64,000 nt of DNA, from NCBI GenBank assembly GCA_963729045.1, contig CAVSMN010000021.1, positions 4,664-68,663 on the forward strand, written 5' to 3'. Source of the stretch: an uncultured Nitrososphaeraceae archaeon (GTDB taxonomy: Archaea > Thermoproteota > Nitrososphaeria > Nitrososphaerales > Nitrososphaeraceae). The translations under genes were made by a program, and so were the position numbers. Positions 33,429 to 46,186 of this stretch are shown here, one piece after another. Under the pieces are notes generated by a model that was not told the DNA's origin, searched no databases, and worked only from the letters and a program-made list of their open reading frames with translations. Positions within the stretch are counted from its first letter, which is position 1; each line of letters opens with the position of its first letter.

Positions 33429-33483
33429 GCAAATTTGGGGTTGTTCCCACCGAAACAGCTTACTAACATGGTCTCATGGTAAG
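33429..33483 (+). repeat. Dispersed modular element, degenerate B-linker-E
   Basis: GCAAATTTGGGGTTGTTC-CCACCGAAACA-GCTTAC...GGTAAG. Confidence 0.6.
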
Positions 33484-33604
33484 AATGCTTTCATGAATTA
33501 TTCAACCAATAATATAATGAAATGATATCCAGAAAAACGCAATTGATTGCAATTGATTACAACAAAAACGTGGACATTATTAGTCCAGATTTTCAATCAT
33601 TCTT

Positions 33605-33949
33605 ATGAATTTTCAAAACATCAATTCACAACAATATACTGATCAAATGTCGAAACTAACATCGATATTTTCAATTCTTTTTGTTTCCATGTTTATTATG
33701 ACAATCATTTTGACAGATGATAAAGGGGGCGTAAATGAGAAATCAATACCAAGACCGCAATTACCAACTTCTGAATCATCATCGACAATCGGAGATGATT
33801 TCGAATTAAAAGATCTTACAATCCCGTCACATAAATATTTGGATGAATCTAAAATCACAAAGCAGTCAGGAACGAGTTATTTCATATCAAACTATATCAA
33901 TGCGTGGAAACTAAGTAAAGCAAATTCGGCAATGCAAATGATTGTATAA
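33605..33949 (+). CDS. Hypothetical membrane-anchored protein, possibly truncated
   Basis: ORF with one hydrophobic segment; no recognised motif. Confidence 0.35.
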   Translation: MNFQNINSQQYTDQMSKLTSIFSILFVSMFIMTIILTDDKGGVNEKSIPRPQLPTSESSSTIGDDFELKDLTIPSHKYLDESKITKQSGTSYFISNYINAWKLSKANSAMQMIV

Positions 33950-34021
33950 AATGAATAATACGTCTCTTTCAATAGTAGTTATACACATCATGGCGGTACA
34001 AACTAGGTAACCATAGTCATC

Positions 34022-34070
34022 AAACCGATGTTATATCCTAATGATTTTAACCGAACCCGCCTATTATACG
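34022..34070 (+). repeat. Dispersed modular element, A-linker
   Basis: ATGTTATATCCTAATGATTT-TAACCGAACCC-GCCTATTA. Confidence 0.75.
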
Positions 34071-34120
34071 GGTTATTCTTTAATATATTCGTCATAAAAA
34101 TATGGATCTTTATGATTTTC

Positions 34121-34330
34121 AGCTCTATTCACTTCAGCATTTCTAACTCCTTGCTATGATGGTGGATAAATAGTTTCAGCAAATTCTTTGAATGATTAAG
34201 TTTGCAGTTTTTCAACCCATAAGGATAGTAGTCATCAAAACTCTCGGTTTTGTCCTTGATATACTGCATCGTCCTTTCGAGAATGCTTTTCTCGTAAGAG
34301 GCATGATTGTGATTGGATATTTGATATTTA
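34121..34330 (-). mobile_element. IS6-family transposase C-terminal remnant with degenerate terminal inverted repeat
   Basis: EKSILERTMQYIKDKTESFDDYYP...CKLNH resembles IS6-like transposases of Nitrososphaeraceae; AGCTCTATTCACTT at the end resembles an IS6 IR. Confidence 0.7.
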
Positions 34331-35166
34331 TATGTTTTAGTTGTCATCATTTCCATGATAATGAAAACAAATGAATAGTGCTATGAAAATGAATGCATCT
34401 ATAACTAATAGGGAAGAATAGTAACAGTATAATATACCTAACTACAATTTTCAATGGATATATGATTTGATAATCCATACATCATAAATTTACTTAGTTC
34501 ATAGTCTCTAGTCTCAAAGGTAATGGTTACCATGAAGCTTATCATCGATTAAGATTATTATATATCATCTAATTTGACAAAGAAATAATCAGAACAAGAA
34601 CATATCAAAATTATCAGGATTTGATGATACAATATCTATTTTTTCTAATCAAAGTCGTTCACTTCCTTTAAATCCGTACATAGAGGTTATTTAACCTTAA
34701 ATATTCTGATAGACTCTCTAAAGTTCAAAGGATCTAGTAATTAAACTGAATAGAACGGATTTTGAATCTGTATTATCCGATGTGACATCCAAAGCGTTTA
34801 CCCGTAAAATATACTTAGACCACTTTATCATATTTCGTCAACGGTATTTGCTTTTTGTGTTAACGCTGATGGTTTTAACAATAGACCTCACAGATCTTGT
34901 CTTAAACCTCAAAGAACCTAGCTAACTGAAAAGTTATATGAATTGATTCTCCAATGAGAAAGTTACATTCTTAGTTTCTTTATGCTCCCTCTTTTATGGG
35001 TGTCTTATCACAAGGTATTCAATTATAAAAAATCGACATTATCACAAGAAATTAATTCATACAAGAAGGATGAATCGGTTTGCACTTACAATATTGTTTG
35101 TTTATCCACAAAAGTTTGCTAGACCTTTATCTTTATGAACAAAGAAAAATAAAGTATTTTTAACAT

Positions 35167-35980
35167 CTAGTTGAGCAGATAGGTTATCTGCACACTGACA
35201 GAAACCTCTTGTTGTCCTGGAATTATAGGAGTTGAGGAAGCTCCAGAAGCAAATGATCTTTGCATAAATTGATCGCTAAAAGGCATGGGGTTGAATCCAT
35301 CTGTATTAACTGATATTGATTTGATACCTACGATTGTAGACCCTATTGCCGATGAGGCTATATCTGCATTTTGTTTGGCGTTGCTAATAGCTTGTTGTAT
35401 TAGTGTATTTTTGACCTTGTCTAACGATTTGTCAGAAACTTTAAAATCCACCCCATTAATGGTATTGGCTCCTGCAGTTACAGCAGAATCAATCCATGAT
35501 GAAATATTATCAAAGTTCGGACTTTGAACTGTCACGATGTTAGACACTGTGAACCCAGTTTTTACCATATTTCCTGTTTCTGTAAAATTGAAATTAGGTT
35601 GAATACTATATTGAGAAGTACTGATCTCATTTTCTTTGACGCCATTATCTCTTAAACTAGCGATTATTTCGTTTGCTATTTTCGAGTTTGATGTTACTGC
35701 ATCAGTGACAGATTCATTTGTAGATTGTACATCCAATCGAGATAGTTACCAAATCGGTATTTACTTTGTCCGTTGCAGAACCTGACACAAATAAAGTATT
35801 ATTGAGAGATGCTGTTTGAGTTTTATTGACTTGGTTAGAATCCGTGACTTGGGCAAATACCTCAATAGGCTCCATGTACATAACAATAAGAGATACAAAT
35901 CCCAATCCCAATCCCAAAAATAATAAGATTGTAAGATTACTCATATTTCGTTTCAAATTTTTTTCATAATAATTTGACAT
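35167..35980 (-). CDS. SIMPL (DUF541) domain secreted protein, frameshift near 35735
   Basis: TLFVSGSATDKVNTDLVTISIG / ISTSQYSIQP...IDSAVTAGANTINGVDF...PIIPGQQEVSVSVQITY. Confidence 0.9.
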
Positions 35981-36996
35981 CGATTTATTAGAACCTACTC
36001 CAATATATAAGAAGACCCTATTTTTTAAGGCTAGACGAGTCTATAATGAATTCTGAAATCTTCTTTTTATTGATAAATTTTCTTGTGGGTTGTGCTTTTG
36101 AATCAACTTTCAACTCGCGCCGTGGCGCTTCTTTTGACTTTGTTTAAGAATGACATTGTTTTGACAACGTTTCTAGTCGACAAACCAGGATAGAACAAAT
36201 GAAGACTAAATTCCAAATCTAATAGAAATGTCTTGCTTCTTTTAAAAATCATACTAGAGATTGAGCCATTTCAAGGAATAGTTTTGTCGTTAAATTATTA
36301 GAGCCACTAAACACATCATATTAAATTATTTGTTTTCAAAAAACTGGACCTGGCTTAGGCTTTGTCTAAAATTTACTTTTAGATCCAATGCTTTCTACAT
36401 TCGTGTTATCAGTAAAGAAATCTGAAGAATTACTAGTATCCTTAAGTAAATCATCTTTGTCGTTATTAGTAAAGTCACTAGATCCTAAGTTATCAGGAGT
36501 AAGGTTCTTAAACAAGTTGTATATCTCCTTAGGAGTAATCATGTAATATACTTTTGAGTCGTTTATATTCACATCAACAGCAGCTCCCAGATGCATTATA
36601 AACATTGAATAAATGATGAGAGATTTTATCAAATTTGTCTTAATCAACTGGAGTATAACTTATGTATGTCAAAGGATAAAAGGTTATCTTGAGTTTTTGC
36701 ATTAACATTAATACTATTGTCTCTAGAAGCCATTATTCCTGCAATAACATACTAGACAAAAGCCGGGAATGCGACGAACTGATTATCCACGAATACGAGG
36801 ATCAAATTAGGAGCCCCAAGAAAAGTATACCAATACTGTTTCAGACTCAAAGTATCAATATCAATCCTCTACAAGTTCATCCTACGATGACGTCGGATCC
36901 CCATCAGGACATATTTTCTAAGATACAACCTTCAAGTAACTAGAAATAACATGAAAGTTATAAAAGTAGCCATTTCCTTATTGCAATGTTGAAAGA

Positions 36997-38454
36997 TTGA
37001 ATACAACAAGTCACTTTCAAAGGGCATTGATATTTCAGGGAGGCGGATCTTTAGGAGCTTATGAGGCTGGCGTTTACAAGGCTACTTATGAATTGCTTTC
37101 TGAGAGGGATGTAAAACTGGGTAGGAAAGGAAAACCGATATTTCATATTGTAGCTGGTACCTCTATAGGCGCAATGAATGCAGCCGTACTAGTCAGTTAT
37201 GTAAAAGAGAACAAGAGCTGGCAAGGATCTGCGGATCGGCTGATTGAATTCTGGGAATATATGGCGACGGAATCCTTTATGGATGCAATTCCAAGTTTTA
37301 ATGAATGGTGGAATTATTGGCAATATTTTAATAAAGATTTGGCATCAAGCGAATCAGCGAGAAGATATTATGACACTAAACAATTCATGCTTAGAGGAGT
37401 ACCAAATGTATTTACCCTTTCCAAAATGTTGGAAGATAGGAGGTTTTTGGATCCTGTTAATACTCAGTATCTTTATAGTAACGAACCGCTCAGAAAGAGT
37501 CTTGAGAAATTTGCAAAGTTTCCGATAGCGACCAGTTACCAAAATAACGAACCTCGGCTACTTTTGGTGAGCGTCGACGTACAGGAAGGAAGCACTGTAG
37601 TATTTGATAGTTACGAAAAGGAGGATGGCACTCGGAAAACTGAATATGGTCGTTACGGTCCTGAATATGTAAGGGGACCCAATGACCACGGAGGATTTGA
37701 GTTTGTAATAAGTCATAATGACGGGATAGAAGTTGACTTTGTTCTTGCAAGTGGTTCAGTACCAGTTAACTACGAATATACCAAATTACAGGTCGAAGAT
37801 ACCAATGGTAGTAATCGAATTAAAAGTGGAATCGAACAGCAGAAAGAAGAGGTAAATAGTCCTACTACCAAGAAAGTTCGGTATTTTTGGGATGGTGGCA
37901 TTATAGCAAATACTCCACTTAGAGAGGCCGTTATTGAACACCGCAGGTATTGGGCTTCCGTTAGAAAATCTGAAGTACCTCCTCTACGCGTTTTCATAGT
38001 TAATGTACATCCAATTAAACAAGACTCCTTACCTACTGATCATGACTCTCTCGTGGACAGAAAAAATGACTTGACGTATCATGATAGGACCTTATTTGAT
38101 GAAAGGATGGCGTTACTGATGACCGATTATGTTAACATCGCTAATAGCCTCATTAAGCTAGCCGAAGATAACAACGTTAAAAGGTCTTTAATAGATGACA
38201 TTCTAAAGCGGCAGGCCGATACGAGAAATTTTAGCACTGGGAAGCACTTAAAATACGCGGATCTGGTTGAACATATGGTTTCTGTAGAACAGGTAATTAG
38301 AATAGAACGCAAGAACGACACACATACGATATCGAATAAAACTTTTGATTTCTCAAGCACCACAGTTAGAAATCTAATAAGAGACGGTTATAAAGAAACA
38401 TTAGAGCAGGAAGCTAAAATACTACAAGTGTGGGACTCGGAGCACCCAAGATAA
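36997..38454 (+). CDS. Patatin-like phospholipase
   Basis: GGGSLG, GTSIG and DGG catalytic motifs. Confidence 0.92.
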   Translation: MNTTSHFQRALIFQGGGSLGAYEAGVYKATYELLSERDVKLGRKGKPIFHIVAGTSIGAMNAAVLVSYVKENKSWQGSADRLIEFWEYMATESFMDAIPSFNEWWNYWQYFNKDLASSESARRYYDTKQFMLRGVPNVFTLSKMLEDRRFLDPVNTQYLYSNEPLRKSLEKFAKFPIATSYQNNEPRLLLVSVDVQEGSTVVFDSYEKEDGTRKTEYGRYGPEYVRGPNDHGGFEFVISHNDGIEVDFVLASGSVPVNYEYTKLQVEDTNGSNRIKSGIEQQKEEVNSPTTKKVRYFWDGGIIANTPLREAVIEHRRYWASVRKSEVPPLRVFIVNVHPIKQDSLPTDHDSLVDRKNDLTYHDRTLFDERMALLMTDYVNIANSLIKLAEDNNVKRSLIDDILKRQADTRNFSTGKHLKYADLVEHMVSVEQVIRIERKNDTHTISNKTFDFSSTTVRNLIRDGYKETLEQEAKILQVWDSEHPR

Positions 38455-38522
38455 TATAATATTAACAGTTCCGTATCTATTACGATTATAACGCAATAAT
38501 TTTTCCAGTTAATCTCTTATTC

Positions 38523-40064
38523 TTAATTGCTCTTTCCATTTCTTAATTTCATTAAGATATCTCTGGCAAGAGCAAAGGGTATAGGTAGATTGTAAATACC
38601 GAAATCATAATGATTCCAACAATGGTGAGTACCAATTCCATTCTTGATCATCTCTTTGACCTGTATTTTGCCTTGTTCATAAACTAGTGCATTAGGAGGA
38701 GTCCCCATTGGTAGGAGGAATGCGAGGGAACTAGATAATGTGATAGCAGCAAGAAACGGTAATGGGGGCCATTGATTTAATGCAGCCATGCTTGCAACAA
38801 CGGGTATGAATATAGCTGCCGTTGCTGTATTTGACATAGTATTACCTATAATCATTGTTATAGAAACAATAACAATTACTATTACTGGGAAGGGCAGAAT
38901 ACTTAATACTGATAATTTGGTCCCCAGATAGTCAGCAAGGCCAGATGTTGTAAACGCTAATGACAGGGAAATTCCTGCACCCAGGATAAATAAAACGCCA
39001 AGTGGGACTTTTTGCACATCTGACCAGTTCAGAAATTTTTCAGTTCTATTTTTTGGTATCACAAATAATGATACACCCCCAAAAATTGCAATAACTGCAG
39101 TTTCAAGATATGAATCATCACCAGCCCAATATGGAGCCGCGAACATTAAGATTAAGACTGATAGCAAAATTATTAATGAGGCCTTTTGCTCCCTTGTGAT
39201 TTTTCCTAATCTTTCTTTTTCAGCGATAATTATCTTCTTAATGAGGGATTCATCCATTTGCTCCTTTCTTACTTGAGCTGTGAAATATAGGATAGATATC
39301 ATCAACATTGTAATTGCCAGTGGAGCAGCTACCGAAGTCCAAGTACCAAATGTGATAGTTTTGCCGAATAACTCGTTTACAATTTCTGCATAGATTAGAT
39401 TAGGAGGGGATGCAATAAGGGTTGTAATACTCCCAATTGAAGAGGAGAATGCAACCCCAAGTAAAAGGCTAACTTTAAACTTTCTACTAAATTTAATACC
39501 GTTATCAGATAACAGGGATAGAGTGGCGAAAACCATTGGAATAATCAAAATAGCTACTGTAGTGCTCATAATAACCGTGGAAATTAAAGCCGTACAAATC
39601 ATAAAACCAAGTATTATTCTCTTGGGTGAATATCCGAAAATGTTAATGATTCCTAACGCAATTTTTCGTTGTAAACCGGATTTCTCAACTGCGAGAACGA
39701 CCAGAAACATCCCCAATAGAAGAATAATTATTGGGCTCATGTATTCTGCTCCTACGACTCGTAGTGGTAAGACTCCTGTTATAGGAAACAGAGCTAGAGG
39801 TAATAGAGCAGTTGCATAGATACTAACAGCTTCGGTGACCCACCACACGACAAGCCAAAGTGTTATGCCAGCAACTAGTTTACCTTGATCTGGTAAACCT
39901 TCTGGGGCAGGAATAACAAGAAGGATGAAAAACAAAACTGGACCTAAAATGAGTCCAATTATCTTAGTCTTGCTTACTTTTGCAGATGGGGAGGAAAGGC
40001 TGTTCTGCATCCATGCTAGCATTATTTGACAGTAATATAAGTGAATAATGTGTATCAGAAACAA
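38523..40064 (-). CDS. SLC13/DASS sodium:dicarboxylate or sulfate symporter (3' frameshift near 38632; true stop probably ~38552)
   Basis: WWVTEAV, ASPPN, MSNTATA, LPMGTPPNA; last TM helix continues in another frame (VLTIVGIIMISVF). Confidence 0.92.
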   Translation of the reverse strand: MFLIHIIHLYYCQIMLAWMQNSLSSPSAKVSKTKIIGLILGPVLFFILLVIPAPEGLPDQGKLVAGITLWLVVWWVTEAVSIYATALLPLALFPITGVLPLRVVGAEYMSPIIILLLGMFLVVLAVEKSGLQRKIALGIINIFGYSPKRIILGFMICTALISTVIMSTTVAILIIPMVFATLSLLSDNGIKFSRKFKVSLLLGVAFSSSIGSITTLIASPPNLIYAEIVNELFGKTITFGTWTSVAAPLAITMLMISILYFTAQVRKEQMDESLIKKIIIAEKERLGKITREQKASLIILLSVLILMFAAPYWAGDDSYLETAVIAIFGGVSLFVIPKNRTEKFLNWSDVQKVPLGVLFILGAGISLSLAFTTSGLADYLGTKLSVLSILPFPVIVIVIVSITMIIGNTMSNTATAAIFIPVVASMAALNQWPPLPFLAAITLSSSLAFLLPMGTPPNALVYEQGKIQVKEMIKNGIGTHHCWNHYDFGIYNLPIPFALARDILMKLRNGKSN

Positions 40065-40179
40065 ACAATGGCAAAGACCAAACTGACTCGCTTAATAGCT
40101 GGAGTTAGTGAAAGAAACATAATGCAAATGAATATTTGGATTGTGATAGATATTTAGCCTGAAATTTTCAAAGCCACAA

Positions 40180-40410
40180 CTTCCAGACGATTCTACCGAT
40201 GACAGTTTTGAGGATATAAGCAGAGTCGTGAATACAAATAGTCCATCTTCAGTATCGTATTATTCATCTTTATTCGAAGGTTTTTGGGAACAGGCAAAAC
40301 TCTACGAAAGGACAAAAGAAGAACTGGACACCACCAAAGACGAATTGACAAAGATGAAGGACTATATATAGACAATTGCAAAAGAACTCTCGATTATGTC
40401 AGAAGATAGA
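40180..40410 (+). pseudogene. Remnant of a signal-transduction protein C-terminus
   Basis: TNSPSSVSYYSSLFEGFWEQAKLYERTKEELDTTKDELTKMKDYI*; end resembles ESLESMKEYV of 3384-4544. Confidence 0.4.
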
Positions 40411-40575
40411 ATGGGTTAATTTTAATAGGAAATAAGATAAATTTTGTTATCAATTTGGCTTCAGTTGAATATGATTGTTCCTCTATTTGAATTTCACAGA
40501 ATGGACAACAGACTATATCTTAATTATGAAGTTTTGGATATGAGAACATGGTAGCAATAGATATTTTTTTATTGA

Positions 40576-41437
40576 ATGAAGTCACCAAAATTGGCAATGA
40601 GGTTCGAGTTTCCCAAAGGCGTAGCCGTGGATGCTTCAGGTTATGTGTACGTAGCTGACGATGCGAATCATCGTATTCAGAAATCTGATAGCAATGGAAA
40701 TTTTAGAAAAGAATGGGGAGAAGAAGGCTCTGACAAAGGAGAGTTCAAGTTTCCCAAAGGCGTAGCCGTGGATACATTCAGGCTATTTGTACGTAGCTGA
40801 TGATGGCAACTGCCGTGTCCAAAAGTTTGACAGCAATGGCAACTTCATTGGTGAATGGGGACGCAAAGGCTCTGACAAAGGAGAGTTCAAGTTTCCCAAA
40901 GGCGTAGCCGTGGATACATCTGGCTATGTGTATGTAACTGACGACGAAAATCATCGTGTTCAAAAGTTTGACAGCAATGGCAACTTCATTACAACGTGGG
41001 GTTCAGAGGGTTCGAGAGATGGTCAACTTAAGCATCCTTATGGGATTCGAGTTGACTCCAATGGCTATGTGTACGTAGCTGACGATGCGAATCATCGTGT
41101 TCAAAAGTTTGACAGCAATGGCAACTTCATTGGTGAATGGGGACGCAAAGGCTCTGACAAAGGAGAGTTCAAGTTTCCCAAAGGCGTAGCCGTGGATACT
41201 TCAGGCTATTTGTACGTAGCTGATGATGGCAACTGCCGTGTTCAAAAGTTTGACAGCAATGGCAACTTCATTGGTGAATGGGGACGCAAAGGCTCTGACA
41301 AAGGAGAGTTCAAGTTTCCCAAAGGCGTAGCCGTGGATACATCTGGCTATGTGTATGTAACTGACGACGAAAATCATCGTGTTCAAAAGTTTGACAGCAA
41401 TGGCAACTTCATTGGTGAATGGGGAAGACGCGATTGA
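40576..41437 (+). CDS. NHL-repeat beta-propeller protein (about six 47-aa repeats), frameshift at ~40776
   Basis: FKFPKGVAVDTSGYVYVADDxNHRVQKFDSNGNFI repeats at 141-bp period. Confidence 0.9.
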
Positions 41438-41791
41438 CAATGTGATTTAATCATAATCACAAAAAATAAAATATGTCTAAAACAAAAATTATCATTTAAC
41501 TATAAGTCTAGAATGTTAAAATCCTAAACGTAACCTCCGGACCCGTTACCTGTCCTGATCCATTTTATAGTTTTTATTTATATTTTCTTGATATTGGATT
41601 CTAAATATACCAAAGTATTGCAGTAAGGTTATTGAACCCCTTTACCTACACAACTCTAATCCATTTGTGGCCAGTCCAATAATAGTAAAACATTTATCAT
41701 CATTAGCAAAACAATAAGGAACTGCTTAATTTAAAAGTAAATTAATTGACTATAATTTGGTCACATAGTTTTTCATTTATGTAAATTGGTT

Positions 41792-41828
41792 AAATTGAGT
41801 CAAATTTGTTTCACATATCCGAACCCGC
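41792..41828 (+). repeat. Dispersed modular element, B-linker
   Basis: AAATTGAGTCAAATTTGTTTCACATA-TCCGAACCC-GC. Confidence 0.85.
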
Positions 41829-42627
41829 ATCAATTTTGGTTTCTCACTTCTTGCATGAACCAGATCTTACCACATATCAAAATTTAGCATTAATTAGTCA
41901 ACCCGTTGAATATCGTATTAAGTATTGTTCGGTAGGATTTTATTTCAATATACTTTGGTTCAGGACCAGAGATTTGTGAAACGAATTTGACATCAAGAAT
42001 GGAATCCGCTAAAAATATTATTACGGTATTAATCACTACCCTGTTCCGAATTACTATTTGACATTGTTGAGCAATCCCTTTTTGAAAAAATTTGTACTTA
42101 ATCTCAACTCTATCAACCAGTCTCACCTATTGGAGTAGATGGAATTTGAATATAATATTAAAAGTCAAATATTTGTGGATCCATACTATGATCTAAACCT
42201 AACATATTTACTTGTACCCAATAATATTCACCCAACCTGTTATTTATGAAATTCTTCCTTACACAAATTCGATTTAGAAAAATATTTATTTCCTTTTCGC
42301 TCATGTTAGTTAACACACTTTTCTTTGGGATTAAAAAGGCCCCCGGATATCTTAAAATTGAGATAGCTTGTAATGCGATGGACTTGTTTTTAAAGAGTTT
42401 TTTCAGTGACCCCACACACAAAGAATTGCACACATGAAAAACATCTAAAGTTTGAAAAAGTTTGTGAAAATATAAATAGAGTTTTGCAAATGTCAGACAA
42501 GAAATAAACATGTCTTCAATTTAGATATATACTGGCTTGTTACAAATGGATAAGCAATGTACGGATAAATATTTCAGCGAACGTTGCTCCTACCATAATT
42601 TAAAGTAAGCTGGATGAAATATTTCCT

Positions 42628-43053
42628 CTATCTTACCTTAAATTGGCCACGCGGAGGCAATTCCTGAAGTGTCCAAGCGTTGCCATCAGGATCATTAAAA
42701 CGAATGAACTTCCCCCAAGCTTGTACATCGACGTCAGTAACATCCACTCCGCGCTTTACAAGTTCATCATTAGCGGCCTGAGCATCCTTGACTACCATTT
42801 GTAAACCTTTAATGCTACCAGGTTTCATATTCTCGGCAATGCCAATCCCAAAACAAATTGAACAGGCAGACCCAGGAGGTGTCATTTGAACAAAACGTAG
42901 CTTTTCGTTCACGGTATGGTCATGGTCTAAGTTAAAACCTATTTTATCTTTATAAAAATCAAGTGCACGATCCACATCAGTTACTGGAATTGCAATCAAT
43001 TCAAGTTTCATTTCCATCAACAATCCACCCAACACTATATGTAAACAAGACAA
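42628..43053 (-). CDS. VOC / glyoxalase-bleomycin resistance family protein (probable start ~43017)
   Basis: IPVTDVDRALDFYKDKIGF...WGKFIRFNDPDGNAWTLQE. Confidence 0.92.
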   Translation of the reverse strand: MSCLHIVLGGLLMEMKLELIAIPVTDVDRALDFYKDKIGFNLDHDHTVNEKLRFVQMTPPGSACSICFGIGIAENMKPGSIKGLQMVVKDAQAANDELVKRGVDVTDVDVQAWGKFIRFNDPDGNAWTLQELPPRGQFKVR

Positions 43054-44165
43054 TACTCAAATACTGGTTGGTCAGATGAGTTCTTTGAATAGATATCCAT
43101 GAATATCTATTATATATCCATGAATAAAAAGATGCGGTAGTATTGATTTTGATATGACACCATTTCCTTCTCATATCGGGATTTTTGCGGGGAGGAATGT
43201 AAAATATTAATTGAGTATCATACCTTGTTGATTGTTCTTGAAACATTGGAGAGTCGGAGTGCATGTTTCCGTTATCTAATTATATTGCCACGTTACTACC
43301 AAAGTTTAATTGAATCAGGATGTTCATGTTGTTACAAAACCTGATTTTCCTTCGGTTCGACAACAAAGAAAACATTTCTAAATAAATATAATCAAACTGT
43401 TTTTGTAAGTCAGGAGGATAATAGATATTCTAGGTGATACTGTAAAACCCACACTCTTAAAACTATTTGAGTCAACTCTATTGAAATTAGAATAGATGGT
43501 GCTTTATGACTATAATATCAAATACGAAAAAAATGATATTAGATCTTATAGTGGAAAAGAAACAAAAGGTGTTAACTAAGTCAATTTTAGCGAAAATCAC
43601 AATAGGAGGTGATTCTAATCTTATCGAGAGAGAAAAATGAAGACAATCATGAAATTGAACCATTAATGATTTCCGTCCTGCCTATCATATCAGCTCAAAC
43701 AAAGTGGAATTGTTTTAGAGATTGAGGACCTTTTTCAATTACTCTTATCGAAGGAAACGAATTTCATGACAAGTGTTATTTCCACTCGAAAAAGACAAAA
43801 AAATCCACAATGGGTTTTAAACCTATTCTTGATTTTATTTAATTCCAGAATCAGGATATAGTCCAAAACTAATGGTGGCACCTAAAGAAAGCATCAAAAA
43901 AAACAATCAAGTAATTTTGTGAAGCAACGATTATCCTCATTTGACGGATAGAAATTTCGAAGAGACTACATAGAGGGAAAAGTTGCCTAGAGTTTCATGC
44001 TCCTACAATTGAAGAAGTGAGGAGGCCTATTCGTTGCTATCCCGATAGGCGTATTCGTTCAATCGTGATTGTAATGACATGGAATCTATTTAATATGGGT
44101 CATATATCTCCAATTAGGACCTAATATCATTTTGATCTTTATATACGAAGTTATCATAACATAAT

Positions 44166-45546
44166 ATGCAAGTTGCTGTAAGATTTAATGGAGTACTTCC
44201 AAATGTCTCTGAGTTAGGAGAAGAAGAAATCTCTGAAAGAACCTTCAAAGTAATGAAGCAGAATATCGCATCAAACACGTCTTGTTCTATTTTTTCAAAA
44301 AATGAACATAATGAAAATACATCTCATGTACTTGTGGATGTTGGCCGTGGAGTAGTCCAAAGCATTGAGCGAGGATTCTCTAGTCTTGAATTCAAATCAT
44401 CATCTTTACCAGACCCCCATCTTCCTAACGCAATTTTGATAACTCATTCACATGATGATCATATTGCAGATCTTCCAGCCTTAATAGAAAAAATTACTAA
44501 TAGTTCCAAGAATTTACAGATTTTCTGTACCTGAAGAATGCTATACACAGATTGTTCAAAAGTTTCCCCAACTTTCATCTATTATTTCATCCAATCCCTC
44601 TTCTGTAATAAACAATAATGCTGTTTCAGTTAATGTGATACGTCCAAACAATATCTTTAACATTGATAATCTTTCGATAACTCCTATTTTGGCAAACCAT
44701 GGTAGCGATACTCCTACTGGTTCAGTCATTTATGTAGTAGATACAGATAATATAAAAATGGTATTTGGATGGGATTTTCTTTCTCTAGTAGACGTAGACG
44801 AAAAGATACTCTGGAATCCTGATCTTGTTGTACTGGGGGCTCATAGCTATAATCCGCATCCAGAAACAGGAATGATCTCTGTTTCAGATGCTTACTCACT
44901 AATAAGACAATGGAATGCTAAAGATAGCTATATAGTGCATTATAGTGGGTTAGCAGATCTTGAGGATGCTAAAAATCAATGGTTTAGAGGACCTACAAAA
45001 CCTATGACATCGGAGGAACTACAAAAGGTAATAGATTCTAGCGGTCCTATAACAGGTGCAGAAGATCATTATTCTTTTAAAATAATAGTAGCAAAGGAAG
45101 GAATGATATGGCATTCAAAAACACAATTTGAAGATTCCATGGAACAAAATGTTAGCAATGAAAAAATAGGAAATGAACTATTAATTGAAGGGCTTGAAAA
45201 ATATGTATTGAAATTTGAGCATAATTCTATAGACAATAATTTAAAAATTATGGTTGAAGATCGAATTAATAGACGCGATTTATCCTTTGTTAATCCACAC
45301 AAAGATAGTAAATACGATAATATAGTTTATGCAGAGGCAGAGAAAGGAGGAATGATGACTCGTGGTCCAGAATTGAGAATGGAGGTAATGGATACAATTC
45401 CACAATCCTCGCAGTCACAAGAAGATTCTGCTGTTGTTAAAATACTTGCTTACAAAGGTAAAAAGGATGTTTATAGAAACGATATACGGATTAATAATTC
45501 AGACGCAGTAAGGTTGAAAAGATATCTTCAAGAAAATTTAACATAA
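44166..45546 (+). CDS. Metallo-beta-lactamase-fold hydrolase, frameshift near 44531
   Basis: LVDVG, THSHDDH, ANHG, IVHYSG across two ORFs. Confidence 0.85.
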
Positions 45547-45892
45547 TATCCTAAGCAATTAATATATCAGAAAAGGTACCTATTTCTTTATACATGTCTA
45601 TAGGTACGGAAAAGATATTCTATTTAATATATGAACATTCCTTATAATATGAAACTTTTGAGCAATAGTTAATTGGTCTATTTTATTGATAGTAATCTTA
45701 AAGTAAAAATTTAAGAGATCAATAAACTTATCGACCATACGATGTTTACAAAACAATGAATTATGATATCTATGATGTAAAATAGTGATTTGTTGACATT
45801 ATTATCGATGAATCTCTTGCTATAGACACAACAATGTATTTCAAAGCGGATATCACATACTAATTCAATTCAATACTCAAATTAAAAAATAA

Positions 45893-45923
45893 GGACAAAT
45901 TTGTTTCATATACCGCCTAACCC
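45893..45923 (+). repeat. Dispersed modular element, B-linker
   Basis: GGACAAATTTGTTTCATATA-CCGCCTAACCC. Confidence 0.8.
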
Positions 45924-46186
45924 ATATCAGATCTGTAATGGATATTTGTATAATCTGATGAGAATGGCAGCAGCCCTAGAATGTCTGATTTGAACACTTT
46001 AGATGAACTAGTTTATTAAGCAAGTATTTCGGCTAAAGATAAATCAAAAGCTACGTCACGACAATTGAAGCATATAACTATCACTTTTGCTTTCACTTTA
46101 AAGCAATTACAGTGATTTTTCAGACGAGGGCTTAACTAGGAAGGATTAATTGACCGATCTGATTGAGTTCATGAAAGATTTACAAA

